A DNA stretch of 57,026 nucleotides from Spirochaetia bacterium (GTDB lineage Bacteria > Spirochaetota > Spirochaetia > SZUA-6 > Bin103): the NCBI GenBank assembly GCA_965203905.1, contig CBDBDQ010000004.1, positions 1 through 57,026 on the forward strand. The letters run 5' to 3'. The stretch's first letter is position 1; each line of letters begins with the position of its first letter. Position numbers and translations under genes: made by a program. Positions 11,490 to 22,803 of the stretch are shown here, one piece after another. The notes under the pieces were generated by a model. That model saw nothing but the letters and a program-made list of their open reading frames with translations, had not been told where the DNA came from and ran no database searches.

Positions 11490-12620
11490 TTGAGCCACCA
11501 GGACTGTTCCGGCCCAAGAGTGTGCTTCATCATCCCCACCTACAACGAAGCCGAGAACATTACGTTGTTGCTGCAACGGTTGAGCGAGCTGTACCAGGAC
11601 CGGAACATGATGTTTCTCGTGGTCGACGATGAGAGCCCCGATGGCACCGGGTTGCTGGTACGCGAGTTTGCGCGCCGCGATGCGCGAGTGCATCTGCTGG
11701 AGGGCAAGAAGCGCGGACTGGGAGCCGCCTACGTTCGCGGGATTACGCATGCCATGGACCGTCTCGAGGCGGAGGTGGTAGTGCAGATGGACGCCGATTT
11801 CTCGCACGATCCCGAGGACGCCGGCAGGCTGGTGGAGTGCGTGGCAGCCGGTGCGGACGTGGCGATCGGCAGCCGCTACGTTCCCGGCGGCTCCGTCGAC
11901 GAGAGCTGGGGCTTCCGCCGGCGTCAGCTCTCGCTGTGGGGCAATCGTCTGGCGCGATGGATCGCCGGATTGAAAGGCGTGCGTGACTGTACCGCCGGCT
12001 TCAAGGCAATCAGGGTGACGGCACTGCGAGCTGCGAAGGTGGGAGAGATCAGCGTACTCGGCTATGCCTTCCAGGTGGCGCTACTGCATCGCCTGCTCCA
12101 TGCCGGCGCCCGGGTGGTGGAGAAGCCGATCTATTTCCGCGACCGCGAACGCGGGGTAACCAAGCTCGGTTTAGACAGCATGCTGGAGTTCTTCTCTCAC
12201 ATCTGGTGGCTGCGCCTGACCAGTCATCGCACCTTCATCAAGTTCTCCCTGACGGGCCTTAGCGGGGTGTTCGTCAATCTGGGAGCGTTCCAGCTCCTGA
12301 CCGTACTCGGCGTACATCGCTACCTGGCCTCGCCGATCGCTATTGAGCTGTCCATCATCTCCAACTTCCTGATCAACAGTCACTGGACCTTCGCCGACCG
12401 GGCGCTGATCAAGGGCAAGCGCATCCGGGGCTTGAAGTTCAATGTCGTCTCGTTACTGTCGCTGGCAGTGAGCTACGGCGCGTTTCTGCTGCTGTCACTG
12501 CTGCTGCCACGGGTGGCGCCGGTGTGGCTGCAGGGACTAGCGATCGTGCCGGCCGTGCTCGTCAACTACTTCCTCAACTCCTCCTGGACGTTTCGCGAAG
12601 CGGGCACAAGTGGACGCTGA
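11490..12620 (+). CDS. Polyprenol-phosphate mannose synthase (DPM1/Ppm1-like GT2) fused to GtrA flippase domain
   Basis: IIPTYNEAENI, VDDESPDGT, QMDADFSHDP, GSRY, DCTAGF; C-terminal 4-TM GtrA pattern (NFLINSHWTF, NYFLNSSWTF). Confidence 0.92.
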   Translation: MSHQDCSGPRVCFIIPTYNEAENITLLLQRLSELYQDRNMMFLVVDDESPDGTGLLVREFARRDARVHLLEGKKRGLGAAYVRGITHAMDRLEAEVVVQMDADFSHDPEDAGRLVECVAAGADVAIGSRYVPGGSVDESWGFRRRQLSLWGNRLARWIAGLKGVRDCTAGFKAIRVTALRAAKVGEISVLGYAFQVALLHRLLHAGARVVEKPIYFRDRERGVTKLGLDSMLEFFSHIWWLRLTSHRTFIKFSLTGLSGVFVNLGAFQLLTVLGVHRYLASPIAIELSIISNFLINSHWTFADRALIKGKRIRGLKFNVVSLLSLAVSYGAFLLLSLLLPRVAPVWLQGLAIVPAVLVNYFLNSSWTFREAGTSGR

Positions 12621-14409
12621 CCGGCGGCCGGCCCCTGCCGAACCGGGAATTGATGGAGTTCGCGGCACCGGGCACGTAAAAAAACGTGTGGCGCAGTGGA
12701 CGAGCCGCGCCAGGGACGTGGTGCTGGCGCGGCCGTGGCTGTCCCCGCTGGCGCTCGGTCTGATGGTGCTGGTGAGCTACCTGCCGGCGATGCTGTGGGG
12801 CGACTTTGTCTGGGACGACCTGATGATGACCGGCACTCCCGCCGTGCGAGAGGCGACCGGCTTGCGCCAGATATGGTTCTCGCCGGGGGAGATCAAGGCG
12901 GAAGGGCATTACTGGCCGTTGGTCTATTCCCTGTTCTGGTTGCAGCACAAGCTGTGGGGGTTCACCCCGGCCGGCTACCATGTGGTCAACGTGCTGCTGC
13001 ACCTGGCGAACACGCTCCTGCTGTGGCAGCTCCTGCAGCGGTTGACGGTGCCGGCAGCCTGGGTCGTGGCCGCGGTGTTCGCCGTCCATCCCGTGCACGT
13101 CGAGTCCGTGGCCTGGGTGATGGAACTCAAGGACGTGCTTTCCGGCCTGTTCTACCTATCGGCGGCACTGGCGTGGATCCGCTTCACCGCCAAACCGCGT
13201 CCGGGTCCGTACCTGGCGGCGCTGGCGCTGTACGTGGCCGGCCTGCTGGCCAAATCGGTGGTGGTCACGCTGCCGGCGGCGCTGATCATCCGGCAGTGGT
13301 GGCAGCGGGGCCGGGTGACCGCGAGTGATCTCCTGCGGGTGGTGCCGTTCTTCCTGCTGGGAGCGGCGATCACGGCCGCGGACCTGGCATTCAACCGGTC
13401 CCAAAACGTAGCGCGTTTCGACTATTCGCTTTTCGAGCGCGGACTGATCGCCGCGCGCGCCCTGTGGTTCTACGTCGGCAAGATTCTCTGGCCGGTAGAC
13501 GTCGGCATCATCTACCCGCGCTGGGAGGTCGGAATCGGCGATCCGCTGGCGTGGGCAGGTCTGGCGGCAGCCAGCGGCCTCGTCGCAACGCTCTGGTTGC
13601 TGCGCGACCGCATCGGCCGCGGGCCGCTGGCTGGAGTGCTGTTCTTCGGAGTAACGCTATCGCCGACGCTCGGTTTCGTGGACTTCAACTTCATGCTGTT
13701 TTCGTTTGTCGCAGACCGTTTTCAATACCTCGCCGGCATCGGCGTTCTGGCGGTCGTCATCGGGGCGACGGCTTACAGCTTCGCCGCCGGCTCCGATACC
13801 AACGCGCAGCGGGGCGCGGTGCTGAACATAGTGCTGGTGGCCGCGCTTCTGAGCGTGCTGGGGACTTTGACCTGGCAGCAATCAGCCATCTACCGTGACG
13901 GCATTACGTTCTTCCGCCACCTCATCGCGCACAACCCCGAGGCTCGGGAAGCGCACCTCAATCTCGGCAGCGCGCTGCTGCGGTGGAACCGGCTGGATGA
14001 AGCACTCGCCGCCTATCGCATCGCCGAGGAACAACGCCCGGAGGACTGCAAGCCGCCGTACGGGGCCGGCTTGGCGCTCTATCACCTGGGGCGGCTGGAC
14101 GCGGCGGAGGAAGCTTATGTCCGCGCCCTGAAAATGTGTCCGCACTACGCGGAGGCCCTCGCCGCTCTAGGCGAGTTGCGGCTTGCTCAGCAGCGCTACG
14201 AAGATGCGCTGCAACCGCTGCGGATCGCCACCGAGGTCGACCCCCGCAACGTGGACGCCTGGATCAGCCAGGGTCTCGCCCTCCATCACCTGGGCAGAAC
14301 CGAACAGGCGCTGTATAGCATAGATCGGGCACTCGCCCTTCACCCGAACCAGGCGCAGGAAGCCCGCGCCCAAGTAGTACGAGATTCGTCGCCGGCGGAC
14401 GATGGATAG
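12610..14409 (+). CDS. TMTC-like membrane O-mannosyltransferase with C-terminal TPR repeats
   Basis: FVWDD, YWPL, YHVVNVLLH, FAVHPVHVESVAW, ADRFQYL, TPRs. Confidence 0.85.
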   Translation: MDADRRPAPAEPGIDGVRGTGHVKKRVAQWTSRARDVVLARPWLSPLALGLMVLVSYLPAMLWGDFVWDDLMMTGTPAVREATGLRQIWFSPGEIKAEGHYWPLVYSLFWLQHKLWGFTPAGYHVVNVLLHLANTLLLWQLLQRLTVPAAWVVAAVFAVHPVHVESVAWVMELKDVLSGLFYLSAALAWIRFTAKPRPGPYLAALALYVAGLLAKSVVVTLPAALIIRQWWQRGRVTASDLLRVVPFFLLGAAITAADLAFNRSQNVARFDYSLFERGLIAARALWFYVGKILWPVDVGIIYPRWEVGIGDPLAWAGLAAASGLVATLWLLRDRIGRGPLAGVLFFGVTLSPTLGFVDFNFMLFSFVADRFQYLAGIGVLAVVIGATAYSFAAGSDTNAQRGAVLNIVLVAALLSVLGTLTWQQSAIYRDGITFFRHLIAHNPEAREAHLNLGSALLRWNRLDEALAAYRIAEEQRPEDCKPPYGAGLALYHLGRLDAAEEAYVRALKMCPHYAEALAALGELRLAQQRYEDALQPLRIATEVDPRNVDAWISQGLALHHLGRTEQALYSIDRALALHPNQAQEARAQVVRDSSPADDG

Positions 14410-14510
14410 TGCCGGCCCCCAACAGCATGTCCTTGAACACTGGCCTCCCTGGGAGTTCCCTACGTTCATCCCCTGCAGGGGGCCAGTGCCCTATATATCC
14501 TCTTGAGGGG

Positions 14511-17500
14511 CTACTGGAGTAGCCGTAGTCGCACCGTGAAGTGCTGCTCCGCGTCACCTCTTGGCGGCTGCTTCCGCGTCCCTTCGGCGCTCAAATAGAC
14601 TCCCCGGTCGAGCTCAAGTCGTGCACCGACGCGATAGCTCCGCTGCCCGCCGAACGCGAGCTCCGTGGAGCTGTACGGGGTAAGGATCCCGCCGAACGCG
14701 GGCAGCCCGTAACCGATCTCCGCCTGGACACGTCCGCCCGGCTGGCTGTCGGCCAGCAGGTCGATGGTGCCTTGCTCCCACAACCCGTCGACGCGGCTGT
14801 CGGTCACGCCCCAGGTCGGCCGCACGCTCATCGACAGGCCATGGCCCGCCGCGTTCGAGTCGAGCTGGATCAGGCCGCTCAGCCCCCACTCGCCGTAGTC
14901 GCCGCCGTGGACCAGCAGGCCGCGGCCGCCGGCCGACACCGTAATTCTGGAACCCCGATCGGCGTAGGTCACGCCGCCGCCTACCTCGAGGCCGGCGCCG
15001 GTCTCGCCATCACCGCCGTCGAGGCGGCCGCCAATCTCCAGCGCAGGCTTCAGCGACCCACCGCCGGCGAAGTGCTGGGCGTGGCTGGCCTCGATGGCCG
15101 CCCGCGCCTGGCTCACGCCCACGTCGAGATGCTGGATCGTCTTCGCTTCGTTCTCGGCGACCGAGGCTCCGGCGAGGGACCCTTCCGCTTTCAGCTTCAG
15201 GGCCGTAGTTCCGCCGGCTATGAACAACTCGGTCGACAGCAGCGTCACACTCGAACCGGCTCCCAGCGACCACTGCGTGAGATCGGATTCCTGCGCCTCG
15301 TAATCCTCGTCGCCATCGTCGATCGACACACCGCCGAAGCCGAAGCCGCCGGTGGCCCACAACCCGAAGTCGGTCGAGCTCCAGCCCATGTAGGGGTGTA
15401 CGCTGATCAGCCAGCTCGCGTAGGTCCCCTCACGGCCGACGCTCGGTTCATCGGTGTACTCCAGTCCCCCGCCCGTCCAGGAGACCACGAGGCCGGCGAG
15501 CAGGCTGTCGACGAAGCGCAGGTCGGCACCGAGCCTGGCGCTCCACACGGAGCCGTCCCACTTCACCGCGGCCACGTCGCCGCCGCCGATCGTCCGGAAG
15601 TCGCCACCGCCCCAGACCGCGACGCCGACTCCGCCGTCGTCCGGGCCGTCATGGCTGCTGAGCGGCACCAGGAAGGAGGAGCCACCCAGCACCTTCGCCA
15701 AGTCGTAGCTGCCGTCCTGCAGCGCGTACTCGTTCGCCTGTAGCGCCCGGTAGAGCCCGGTCAGCCCGGAGAGATCCGCGGTAGCCGCTGAATCGCCCTG
15801 CGCGGCCAGCGCCATGCGGGTGCTCACCGCATCCAGCGCTCCCGCCGCCGAAGCGCGCGTGATGCCCGGCAGCAACGCCTGGTTGACCCGGTTGACCGAA
15901 TGGAACACCGAATCCTGAATCAGGATCGTCGCCGAACTGTTCGGACGTTTCACGGTCCCGTTGGCGGTCTGCGCCCCGGTGAGCGTCACCTTCAGCGTCT
16001 CGTCCGGCTCCAGCACCTTGTCGGCCATGGTCCGGATTGTGATTGTCGCCGTCCGCTGGCCTGCCGGAATCGAGACCATCGTCGGGCTCGGTGCCGTGTA
16101 GTCGGCCGGTGCCTTCGCGGTGCCGCCAACGGAGTAGTTCACGTCCACGGGCGCGGTGCTTTCGCCGCCGCCGACCCGCACGGTGAACCGCGCCACGTCG
16201 CCCTCGGCCACTGTCTTCGGCGCGGTCACGCTGACCGATAACTCGTCGTTGTCTTCGATGGTCACCGTCACCTGTCCGAGCATGTCCGGCGCGCTGCCGT
16301 CCGTGGTAACGGTGGTCAGCGTCACGGTGACCTCTTCGCGTCCCTCGACCAGCGAGTCCTCCACCGCGGCCACCGTGACCACTCCCTGCTGTTCGCCGGC
16401 AGGCACCTCGATAGCCCCTTGCGGAAGCGCGAGATCGAGTCCGATTACCGGCACGGAAAAGGTGTAGTCCTCTCCCGCGGTAGCGCTGCCGGCGGCCGAA
16501 TAGCCGATCCGCACTGGCACCTGGAGCGCACGCTCCAGCCGCAACACGATGTTCGCTTCACCGCCCTCGGTGACGGGCACGTCGTCTATCGGCAGCAGCG
16601 CGAGATCGTCGTCCGTGATGGTGGCCATGGCCGTTTCCATGCCTTCAGCAAACGTTGCATTCGTCGGGTTGCTCAGCCGGATCTCGATGGTCTCGCTGCC
16701 TTCGGGTTCGACGTCGCCCTTCACCGTCACGTTGATGGTCTTGGTCGTTTCTCTCGGCTGGAAGGTGAGCGTGCCTGCCGGGAGCGCCTCGTAGTCGGTG
16801 CCGGACGTTGCCGTGCCACCGGCGACCGCATAGCCCACCGTCACTTCCTTGCTGGTGGCCCCATCCTTGGTGACGGTGAAGACCAGCGGGGATTTCGCCC
16901 CTTCATGGCCTTCCTCGACCGTCGCCCCCTCAATCGACAGCTCCGGCTCCGGGTCGTCGTCTTCGATGGTTCCTTCCGCCCTGCTCATGTCTGGAGCCAA
17001 CCTCGCGTTGACTGGGCTGCTCAGAGCGATCTCAACAGTCTCGTCGATCTCATCTACGTCGTCGTCCGTCACCGTCACGTAGATCGTCTTGGTCGCTTCT
17101 CCCGGCTGGAAGGTGAGCGTGCCTGCCGGGAGCGCCTCGTAGTCAGTGCCGGCCGTCGCCGTACCGCCAGCGACCGCATAGTTCACCGTCACTACCTCGG
17201 TGCGCGTGCCGGCCTCACTGGATGCCCTTACTGTAAACGCCAGCGGGGCGGCAGCGCCCTCTCCCACGCTTGTCCCGGTGATGGACAGCGCTGTGGGCAA
17301 CGGGTCGTCGCTCTCCAGTGTGATGCGGGTCCCGGTTACGCCCTCACCTCCTGCAACGGTGATGAACTCGTCTACCTCGTACACCCTGTCGTCGATCGGT
17401 GTCAGCGTAAACGTCCCTGTGCCGCTGGGAGCACCGGTGGCGATGGTTACGACGAAGGGGGCGACTTCTCGGTAGTCCGTCCCCCCCGTGGCACTGTCAC

Positions 17501-20500
17501 CAGCCGCACCTACATTGACGGTGACTTGCTTGGCGGTGCCGTAGTAGGTGCCCCCTGTTACCCTCGCAGTTACCGTGATGGGTCTCCCTGATGTGTCGTT
17601 TTCGTTCACGGTTTCCGGGGAGACAGAGAGATTGATCCCCTCTGGCGCGGCGTCGTCGTCCGTTACGGTCACCCGTAACTGCTCAGCCGAGGAGGGGCTG
17701 TAGCCAGGTCCGCTGGGCGTGTGCGTGATGGTCACCGCTCGGCGGTTGCCGACGTTGTCCACGGCGTCGGGCACGCCGGTGACGGTTATGGTCTTCGCCG
17801 CCCAGTCGCTGGTCGTGAAGATCAATCTGGCAGGACTCACCGTTGCGATGCTTGAATCACCGCTCTCTACGGTTACGGTTACGGTACCGGTGGGCTGAGT
17901 CCTCGGCCCCACCGTGTAGAGTGTCGACTGTCCCGCTCCCGGCGCCTCGGTTACCGTTACAGCTTCTGTGGAAAGGACAAGGCCCGCGGCACGTACCGTC
18001 ACAGATACACTTTCTGAAACATTCTCGTAGCCTATACCGCTAGCCGCATTCGTGATCGCAACGGGGCTGTCGCTGCCGGCTACTCCAGTAACGGTAAACT
18101 CTTGCGCCGTGTTCCAGTTCCCGGGCGTGAACGTCCGTGATTCAGGACTAACCGTGGCGGCGGCCTCATCGCTGCTCGCCGCGGTCACCGTCACAGATCC
18201 TCTGGGCCGGGCATTCAGCTTTACCGTGTAAGTGTCCGTCTGACCCTCTGAGATTGTCAACGATGTTGGTGCGAGCGTCAGCCCTGGGGGCACCACTACA
18301 ACATCTTCGTCGGTCACCGTCACATACACATATCCCGGCGTAGCAACATACGCCCCCGTCACCGCCAATTTGATGCGTGCATCACGTTCACCACCGATAT
18401 GAATCGTTCCACTGTCCTCTCCCCCCGTAACCGTAACCACCTGCGGCATATCCCAGTTGGTGGATGTAAAGGTCAGGGTGCTTGGGCGCACGCTGGCGAC
18501 GGACGAGGGGGTGACCATTGGCGTTACAGTAACATCCCCAGTGGGCTTGCTATTTAGCTTTACCGTGAAGGTATCTTCGCGTCCCCGTGAGATTCTTAGA
18601 TCCGTTGGGACCACTGTGAGCCCGGCCCTGTCGTCGTCGGTCACCGTCACCCTCACCGGATCTGCTGTAACCGTAGCATACTCAGCGCTACCTCCTCTAA
18701 CGGCATGGGTGATGGTGACTTCTCTTCTATCACCGGAGTTGTCTTCGTCATCATTCACACCGGTAACTGTAACGGACTTTGGACTTCTCCAGTTTCCGGA
18801 CGTGAACGTCAACGATTGCGGACTGACCGTGACAGTCGCAGGTTCTGGGTTCACCACGTCTACGATCACGTCAGCCGTCGGCTCTGAATCGATCTTCACC
18901 GTGTATGTGTCGCGACCACCCATTTCCCTGATGGGGTCCAAACCACTGGTGTCGATCGTCACGTCGGGGGCATCAACATCACCTGTGGAGGGATCTGAAT
19001 TGTTGGTGACGGACACCACTATATCATGTCTTCCGGTACCACTATCTGCTGGTATTCCCGAAGCACGGTGAGTAATGATCACATCTCGAGACGCGGCGAT
19101 GTTATTGTTAACACCGAAAACATAGATAGTTTGAGCGCCACTGTTAGTGGAGTCGAACGTCAGCGACACGGACTGCTTGGCGCTCATCAACTCATCAGCC
19201 GTAGACACCTTGGCACCCTTCGTCGGATCGCTACTGCGGACGGTTACAGTAACTCTGTGGTTACCCGTTAGAATGGTTGTGTCGGTAGGTACTACCGTAT
19301 AGGATCCAGATGTTGTTTCAGTAACTGTCGGCGTGCCTACTGTTAAACCAGAAACATCATCTGTACCATTACTTACTGTGACGCGGGCCAGCTTCTTAAT
19401 ACCGCTATAGCCTCCACCGGTGGCCATGAACGATACGTCCACAGATCGGCTTGTCTCTTCAATTTTATTATACTCTCCGGAAACGTAAACAGTTTGAGCT
19501 TCGTCCCAGGTATCAGTCGTGAACGATAGGGTTATGCTCGAAGCGGGAGTGCCCGTCTCAGTCTTAGACACCTTGACATACGTATCGGTACTGCGGACGG
19601 TTACAGTAACGCGGCTCGTTGGCTCGCTACCAAGGACTGCCGTAATTCCGACTGAGGCACCACCTTCGGTAACGGTGGGGGGGCTTCCTAACTCCAAATC
19701 CGCTGTGTCGTTGTCTACGATTGTCACGGTCTTTTCTGCCGTGACACCATCGTAGCCTCCACCGGTAGCCACATGCTTGATCAGCACCGAACGATCTCCG
19801 TTATCAACTTCATCCGGCACGCTGGTAACGGTAACGTCTTGATCTGCACACCACCTGCCAGTATCACCGGAGGCGGGGTCGCAAGCACCAACAGTGGGTT
19901 GGAACGTGAGCGATGCAGTCGTCGTAGCAAGTTTCAGATTCATGCTCGTGATAGCCACTGTTACCGGGCCCGAAGGTTGAGTGCGCAGCTTTACCTTGTA
20001 AGTTTTCGTCTCCTCAACGGGAGGATCTGCCCCGTTATCTTCATCGAGTTTCGTTGGATCGGAATCCGCTGGATCGGGACTAATAACAATCTCTGCGGTG
20101 TCATCATCTATTACTGTCCCCGGAATACGTACCGTCTCAACTTTACCATAGCCGTATTCATCTGCTGGATTAACCTCGATAGCCACAGGCCGGCTGTCAT
20201 TAGGATTATCTTCCGAGTCTGCGCTGGCGGCTACCCGGATCTGCTGATACTTATCCCAATCGCCATCACCGAACGTCAAATCAACTGTATTGGCACCGTT
20301 TACCGTAACGATCCCTGTCGGCATGGCACTCACCGTTACGGTCAGCGTCTCACCTGCGGGAGGTGCAGAGTTCAGCTTCACTTCAAAGTAGTCAGGGGTG
20401 CCCTCCTCGTAAACCGTCAATCTGGGCTCGGGAGGATTAAGCGTCAAACCTGCAGTGTCATCGTCGGTCACCACAACTGGTAGGGTCTTTGTGGTGACAC

Positions 20501-20849
20501 CTGCGGCTTCGTGTGAGATCGATACTTCTCGTCTGTCGTTCGAGTTGTCCACCTTATCAGGAATGCCTGTTACTTTCACATACTGATACGTTCGGTGGCT
20601 AGCGCTCGTAAACTGAAGCGCTCGGGGCTCTACTTTGGCTCCCCCCCCGGTCAGAGTGAGGGTCAGGGTCAGGGCCGTCTCCCCCGACGGCAGAGCAGTC
20701 AGACGTACCCCATAGGATTCACTTCTGCTGCCGTCCTCGGGAACCGTCACTGATTCTACGGAAAGCACAACGTCCTGCGCCTGGACGACAGCAGGTGCCA
20801 CCCCGAACAGTAGTGCAGCAGCCAGAAGCACGACCGCGCTCCCTGCCAT
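14511..20849 (-). CDS. Large Calx-beta/cadherin-like repeat adhesin with C-terminal autotransporter-type beta-barrel
   Basis: Signal peptide; repeated LTFT..NW...Q.VTVTG..D and TAT.GTDY..TIxDDD motifs; barrel WGGGD...GETGAGLEVGGG; start uncertain (20849-20948). Confidence 0.88.
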   Translation of the reverse strand: MAGSAVVLLAAALLFGVAPAVVQAQDVVLSVESVTVPEDGSRSESYGVRLTALPSGETALTLTLTLTGGGAKVEPRALQFTSASHRTYQYVKVTGIPDKVDNSNDRREVSISHEAAGVTTKTLPVVVTDDDTAGLTLNPPEPRLTVYEEGTPDYFEVKLNSAPPAGETLTVTVSAMPTGIVTVNGANTVDLTFGDGDWDKYQQIRVAASADSEDNPNDSRPVAIEVNPADEYGYGKVETVRIPGTVIDDDTAEIVISPDPADSDPTKLDEDNGADPPVEETKTYKVKLRTQPSGPVTVAITSMNLKLATTTASLTFQPTVGACDPASGDTGRWCADQDVTVTSVPDEVDNGDRSVLIKHVATGGGYDGVTAEKTVTIVDNDTADLELGSPPTVTEGGASVGITAVLGSEPTSRVTVTVRSTDTYVKVSKTETGTPASSITLSFTTDTWDEAQTVYVSGEYNKIEETSRSVDVSFMATGGGYSGIKKLARVTVSNGTDDVSGLTVGTPTVTETTSGSYTVVPTDTTILTGNHRVTVTVRSSDPTKGAKVSTADELMSAKQSVSLTFDSTNSGAQTIYVFGVNNNIAASRDVIITHRASGIPADSGTGRHDIVVSVTNNSDPSTGDVDAPDVTIDTSGLDPIREMGGRDTYTVKIDSEPTADVIVDVVNPEPATVTVSPQSLTFTSGNWRSPKSVTVTGVNDDEDNSGDRREVTITHAVRGGSAEYATVTADPVRVTVTDDDRAGLTVVPTDLRISRGREDTFTVKLNSKPTGDVTVTPMVTPSSVASVRPSTLTFTSTNWDMPQVVTVTGGEDSGTIHIGGERDARIKLAVTGAYVATPGYVYVTVTDEDVVVVPPGLTLAPTSLTISEGQTDTYTVKLNARPRGSVTVTAASSDEAAATVSPESRTFTPGNWNTAQEFTVTGVAGSDSPVAITNAASGIGYENVSESVSVTVRAAGLVLSTEAVTVTEAPGAGQSTLYTVGPRTQPTGTVTVTVESGDSSIATVSPARLIFTTSDWAAKTITVTGVPDAVDNVGNRRAVTITHTPSGPGYSPSSAEQLRVTVTDDDAAPEGINLSVSPETVNENDTSGRPITVTARVTGGTYYGTAKQVTVNVGAAGDSATGGTDYREVAPFVVTIATGAPSGTGTFTLTPIDDRVYEVDEFITVAGGEGVTGTRITLESDDPLPTALSITGTSVGEGAAAPLAFTVRASSEAGTRTEVVTVNYAVAGGTATAGTDYEALPAGTLTFQPGEATKTIYVTVTDDDVDEIDETVEIALSSPVNARLAPDMSRAEGTIEDDDPEPELSIEGATVEEGHEGAKSPLVFTVTKDGATSKEVTVGYAVAGGTATSGTDYEALPAGTLTFQPRETTKTINVTVKGDVEPEGSETIEIRLSNPTNATFAEGMETAMATITDDDLALLPIDDVPVTEGGEANIVLRLERALQVPVRIGYSAAGSATAGEDYTFSVPVIGLDLALPQGAIEVPAGEQQGVVTVAAVEDSLVEGREEVTVTLTTVTTDGSAPDMLGQVTVTIEDNDELSVSVTAPKTVAEGDVARFTVRVGGGESTAPVDVNYSVGGTAKAPADYTAPSPTMVSIPAGQRTATITIRTMADKVLEPDETLKVTLTGAQTANGTVKRPNSSATILIQDSVFHSVNRVNQALLPGITRASAAGALDAVSTRMALAAQGDSAATADLSGLTGLYRALQANEYALQDGSYDLAKVLGGSSFLVPLSSHDGPDDGGVGVAVWGGGDFRTIGGGDVAAVKWDGSVWSARLGADLRFVDSLLAGLVVSWTGGGLEYTDEPSVGREGTYASWLISVHPYMGWSSTDFGLWATGGFGFGGVSIDDGDEDYEAQESDLTQWSLGAGSSVTLLSTELFIAGGTTALKLKAEGSLAGASVAENEAKTIQHLDVGVSQARAAIEASHAQHFAGGGSLKPALEIGGRLDGGDGETGAGLEVGGGVTYADRGSRITVSAGGRGLLVHGGDYGEWGLSGLIQLDSNAAGHGLSMSVRPTWGVTDSRVDGLWEQGTIDLLADSQPGGRVQAEIGYGLPAFGGILTPYSSTELAFGGQRSYRVGARLELDRGVYLSAEGTRKQPPRGDAEQHFTVRLRLLQ

Positions 20850-21013
20850 GCTTCGCCGCGGTTGGGTAGTCCTACTCGCGGTAGATGTGGTGTGCTGGGT
20901 ACAACCGACGTGCATCTCTTGTGGGGCCTCCCTCCCGGCCCCCCCCACAGAGGCGCCAGGGACAATTCCGTGGACCTGACCAAGCCGCGTTACACGGCTC
21001 TGGGTAGATCTCT

Positions 21014-21058
21014 AAACAAAACGGGGGCGCAGCCAAGCTAAAAAGTGACCGCGCCCCC
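21014..21058 (-). terminator. Possible intrinsic terminator after collagen-like gene
   Basis: GGGGGCGC/GCGCCCCC inverted repeat followed on minus strand by TTTTGTTT. Confidence 0.4.
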
Positions 21059-21092
21059 AGCTCTCAAGCTCTTACAAGGAGCTTTCGCTTAC

Positions 21093-22514
21093 CTATGTGT
21101 TTTTTACGACCTTCCAGTCGAGCAGGTAGTTCCCTGCCTTGGTTGCGTCGACCTGTACATAGTAGCGCTGCCCGCAAGCGAAATCGCTCACTTGGTACCG
21201 GCGCATGCTCTTCTGATCGACCAACTTCTCAACCTTGGGCTGAGACATCTCTGGGTTATGTCCCACAACCATCAACGTTCCCTCGAAGGTACTTCCATCA
21301 GTAGTGGACCCAGCGGCGGAGGAGTCGTCCAACATGACTTCCAACGTCCAGTCCGGTGACATCTGCAGACCAATCGATCCCGCTTCGGTGCCCAACCAGA
21401 AAACGTCCGTGTCTCCCTTCAGGTTACCGTTACCAACCAAAGTTCCTACGGAGCGAGTGGCTGATTTACCAACTACGCCCGATACACGAAGTACTTCTAT
21501 CGAATGATCAAGCCCCAGCAATGCACTGTCGGTAAGACCTGCTGCATATGACGGCACGCTTCCCGAGTAATCATTACGAGGACCCTTTTGTTCTTGGTCC
21601 GCACCAATTTGGTCTAGGAGAAGTCCACTTTCTACCTCGCGAATAAATGACATAACCGTAGGCGACGAACCCGCTTCGGCTGTCTCGTCCACCGTATTCG
21701 TAATCGTGGTAGTAACTACACTCGCAGATGCATGAGCTGTACGCCCGGCGCTATCCATGGCCGAAACCTTAAGGGCATAGTCCGGAGTTCCGCCGTACGT
21801 CACCGCATTATGGGTAGATCTATCTGTATCATCGGCAAGAGCGATATAGGCAGCGGTAGCTGCACTATCAAGAACGGTAGCTGTGTTTGCAGCGTAGCCC
21901 GTGTTCTTGTTCCGTCCTGGTAGCGATACCATTCCCGTAAGCATCAGCCGAGGATCGGTTTCCGAAAATGGTTCGACCATCAGACTGTGAGCCTTCGTCA
22001 AACCACTAGCCTCCACCGTGAGTGAGTAGTCATACGGTCCCGTTCCTCCGGTCGCCCCAAACGCATGCAGGGGAATTCGGCTAGTCCCCGAGTACGGCTT
22101 GCACTGCAAGAGTTCAGGTACCGGTTCCAACAAATCACCGTCGAACGCAAAATCCTGTACCGGACCTGCTGGTGTCCCCGGCCCCTGCGGTCCACTCGGC
22201 CCCTGCGGCCCAGTCGGCCCCTGCGGTCCACTCGGCCCCTGCGGCCCAGTCGGCCCTGCCGGTCCTGTCTCGCCGGGTTCGCCCTGCGGCCCGGTCGGCC
22301 CCTGCGGCCCGGTCGGCCCCTGCGGCCCGGTCGGCCCCTGCGGCCCCGTATCGCCGGGGTCACCCTTCGGCCCCTGCGCGCCGGGTTCGCCCTGCGGCCC
22401 AGTCGGCCCTGCCGGCCCCATGACCCCGCCCGGGCCTTCGCAAGCGGCCACAATCAATGTTGCGATAAACAGAAGTGCGCCGGCCTTGAACCAGCGCCCT
22501 ACAGCACTTTTCAT
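21093..22514 (-). CDS. Collagen-like (G-X-Y) surface lipoprotein
   Basis: Lipobox VAAC then nearly 30 G-X-Y triplets (GPQGPT...), 9/18-bp DNA periodicity at 22170-22440. Confidence 0.9.
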   Translation of the reverse strand: MKSAVGRWFKAGALLFIATLIVAACEGPGGVMGPAGPTGPQGEPGAQGPKGDPGDTGPQGPTGPQGPTGPQGPTGPQGEPGETGPAGPTGPQGPSGPQGPTGPQGPSGPQGPGTPAGPVQDFAFDGDLLEPVPELLQCKPYSGTSRIPLHAFGATGGTGPYDYSLTVEASGLTKAHSLMVEPFSETDPRLMLTGMVSLPGRNKNTGYAANTATVLDSAATAAYIALADDTDRSTHNAVTYGGTPDYALKVSAMDSAGRTAHASASVVTTTITNTVDETAEAGSSPTVMSFIREVESGLLLDQIGADQEQKGPRNDYSGSVPSYAAGLTDSALLGLDHSIEVLRVSGVVGKSATRSVGTLVGNGNLKGDTDVFWLGTEAGSIGLQMSPDWTLEVMLDDSSAAGSTTDGSTFEGTLMVVGHNPEMSQPKVEKLVDQKSMRRYQVSDFACGQRYYVQVDATKAGNYLLDWKVVKNT

Positions 22515-22611
22515 GCTTCCCCCAGATTTTGCCCTCTCGGGCTATCTATTTGGTCGTAGTGCGGCAATCCGCACCTGCGATGGCTACAGGCGTCCATTCC
22601 TGCGCCCCTGA

Positions 22612-22803
22612 TCATCTTCTTGCAAGCTCTCCCTCCTTCCGGTCGACCACCACCTCTTCGCCTTCCTCGCTACGGTTGTCGGCGGCCAGCTCAATCATCT
22701 TCTGAACCGCAACTCGTGCACTCCTGAGACGATGCTGCACCATGAACTCGCGTGCCAGGTGGTAGTGCTTCGGCGTTAGGGTTATCCGGTGCATCTCATC
22801 CAT
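22612..22803 (-). CDS. Small putative ribbon-helix-helix regulator
   Basis: HRITLT beta-strand followed by two helices; GGAGG RBS. Confidence 0.45.
   Translation of the reverse strand: MDEMHRITLTPKHYHLAREFMVQHRLRSARVAVQKMIELAADNRSEEGEEVVVDRKEGELARR

Noticed and set aside
22170-22440. Tandem 9/18-bp DNA repeats as CRISPR/VNTR
   Set aside because: Simply encode collagen G-X-Y triplets
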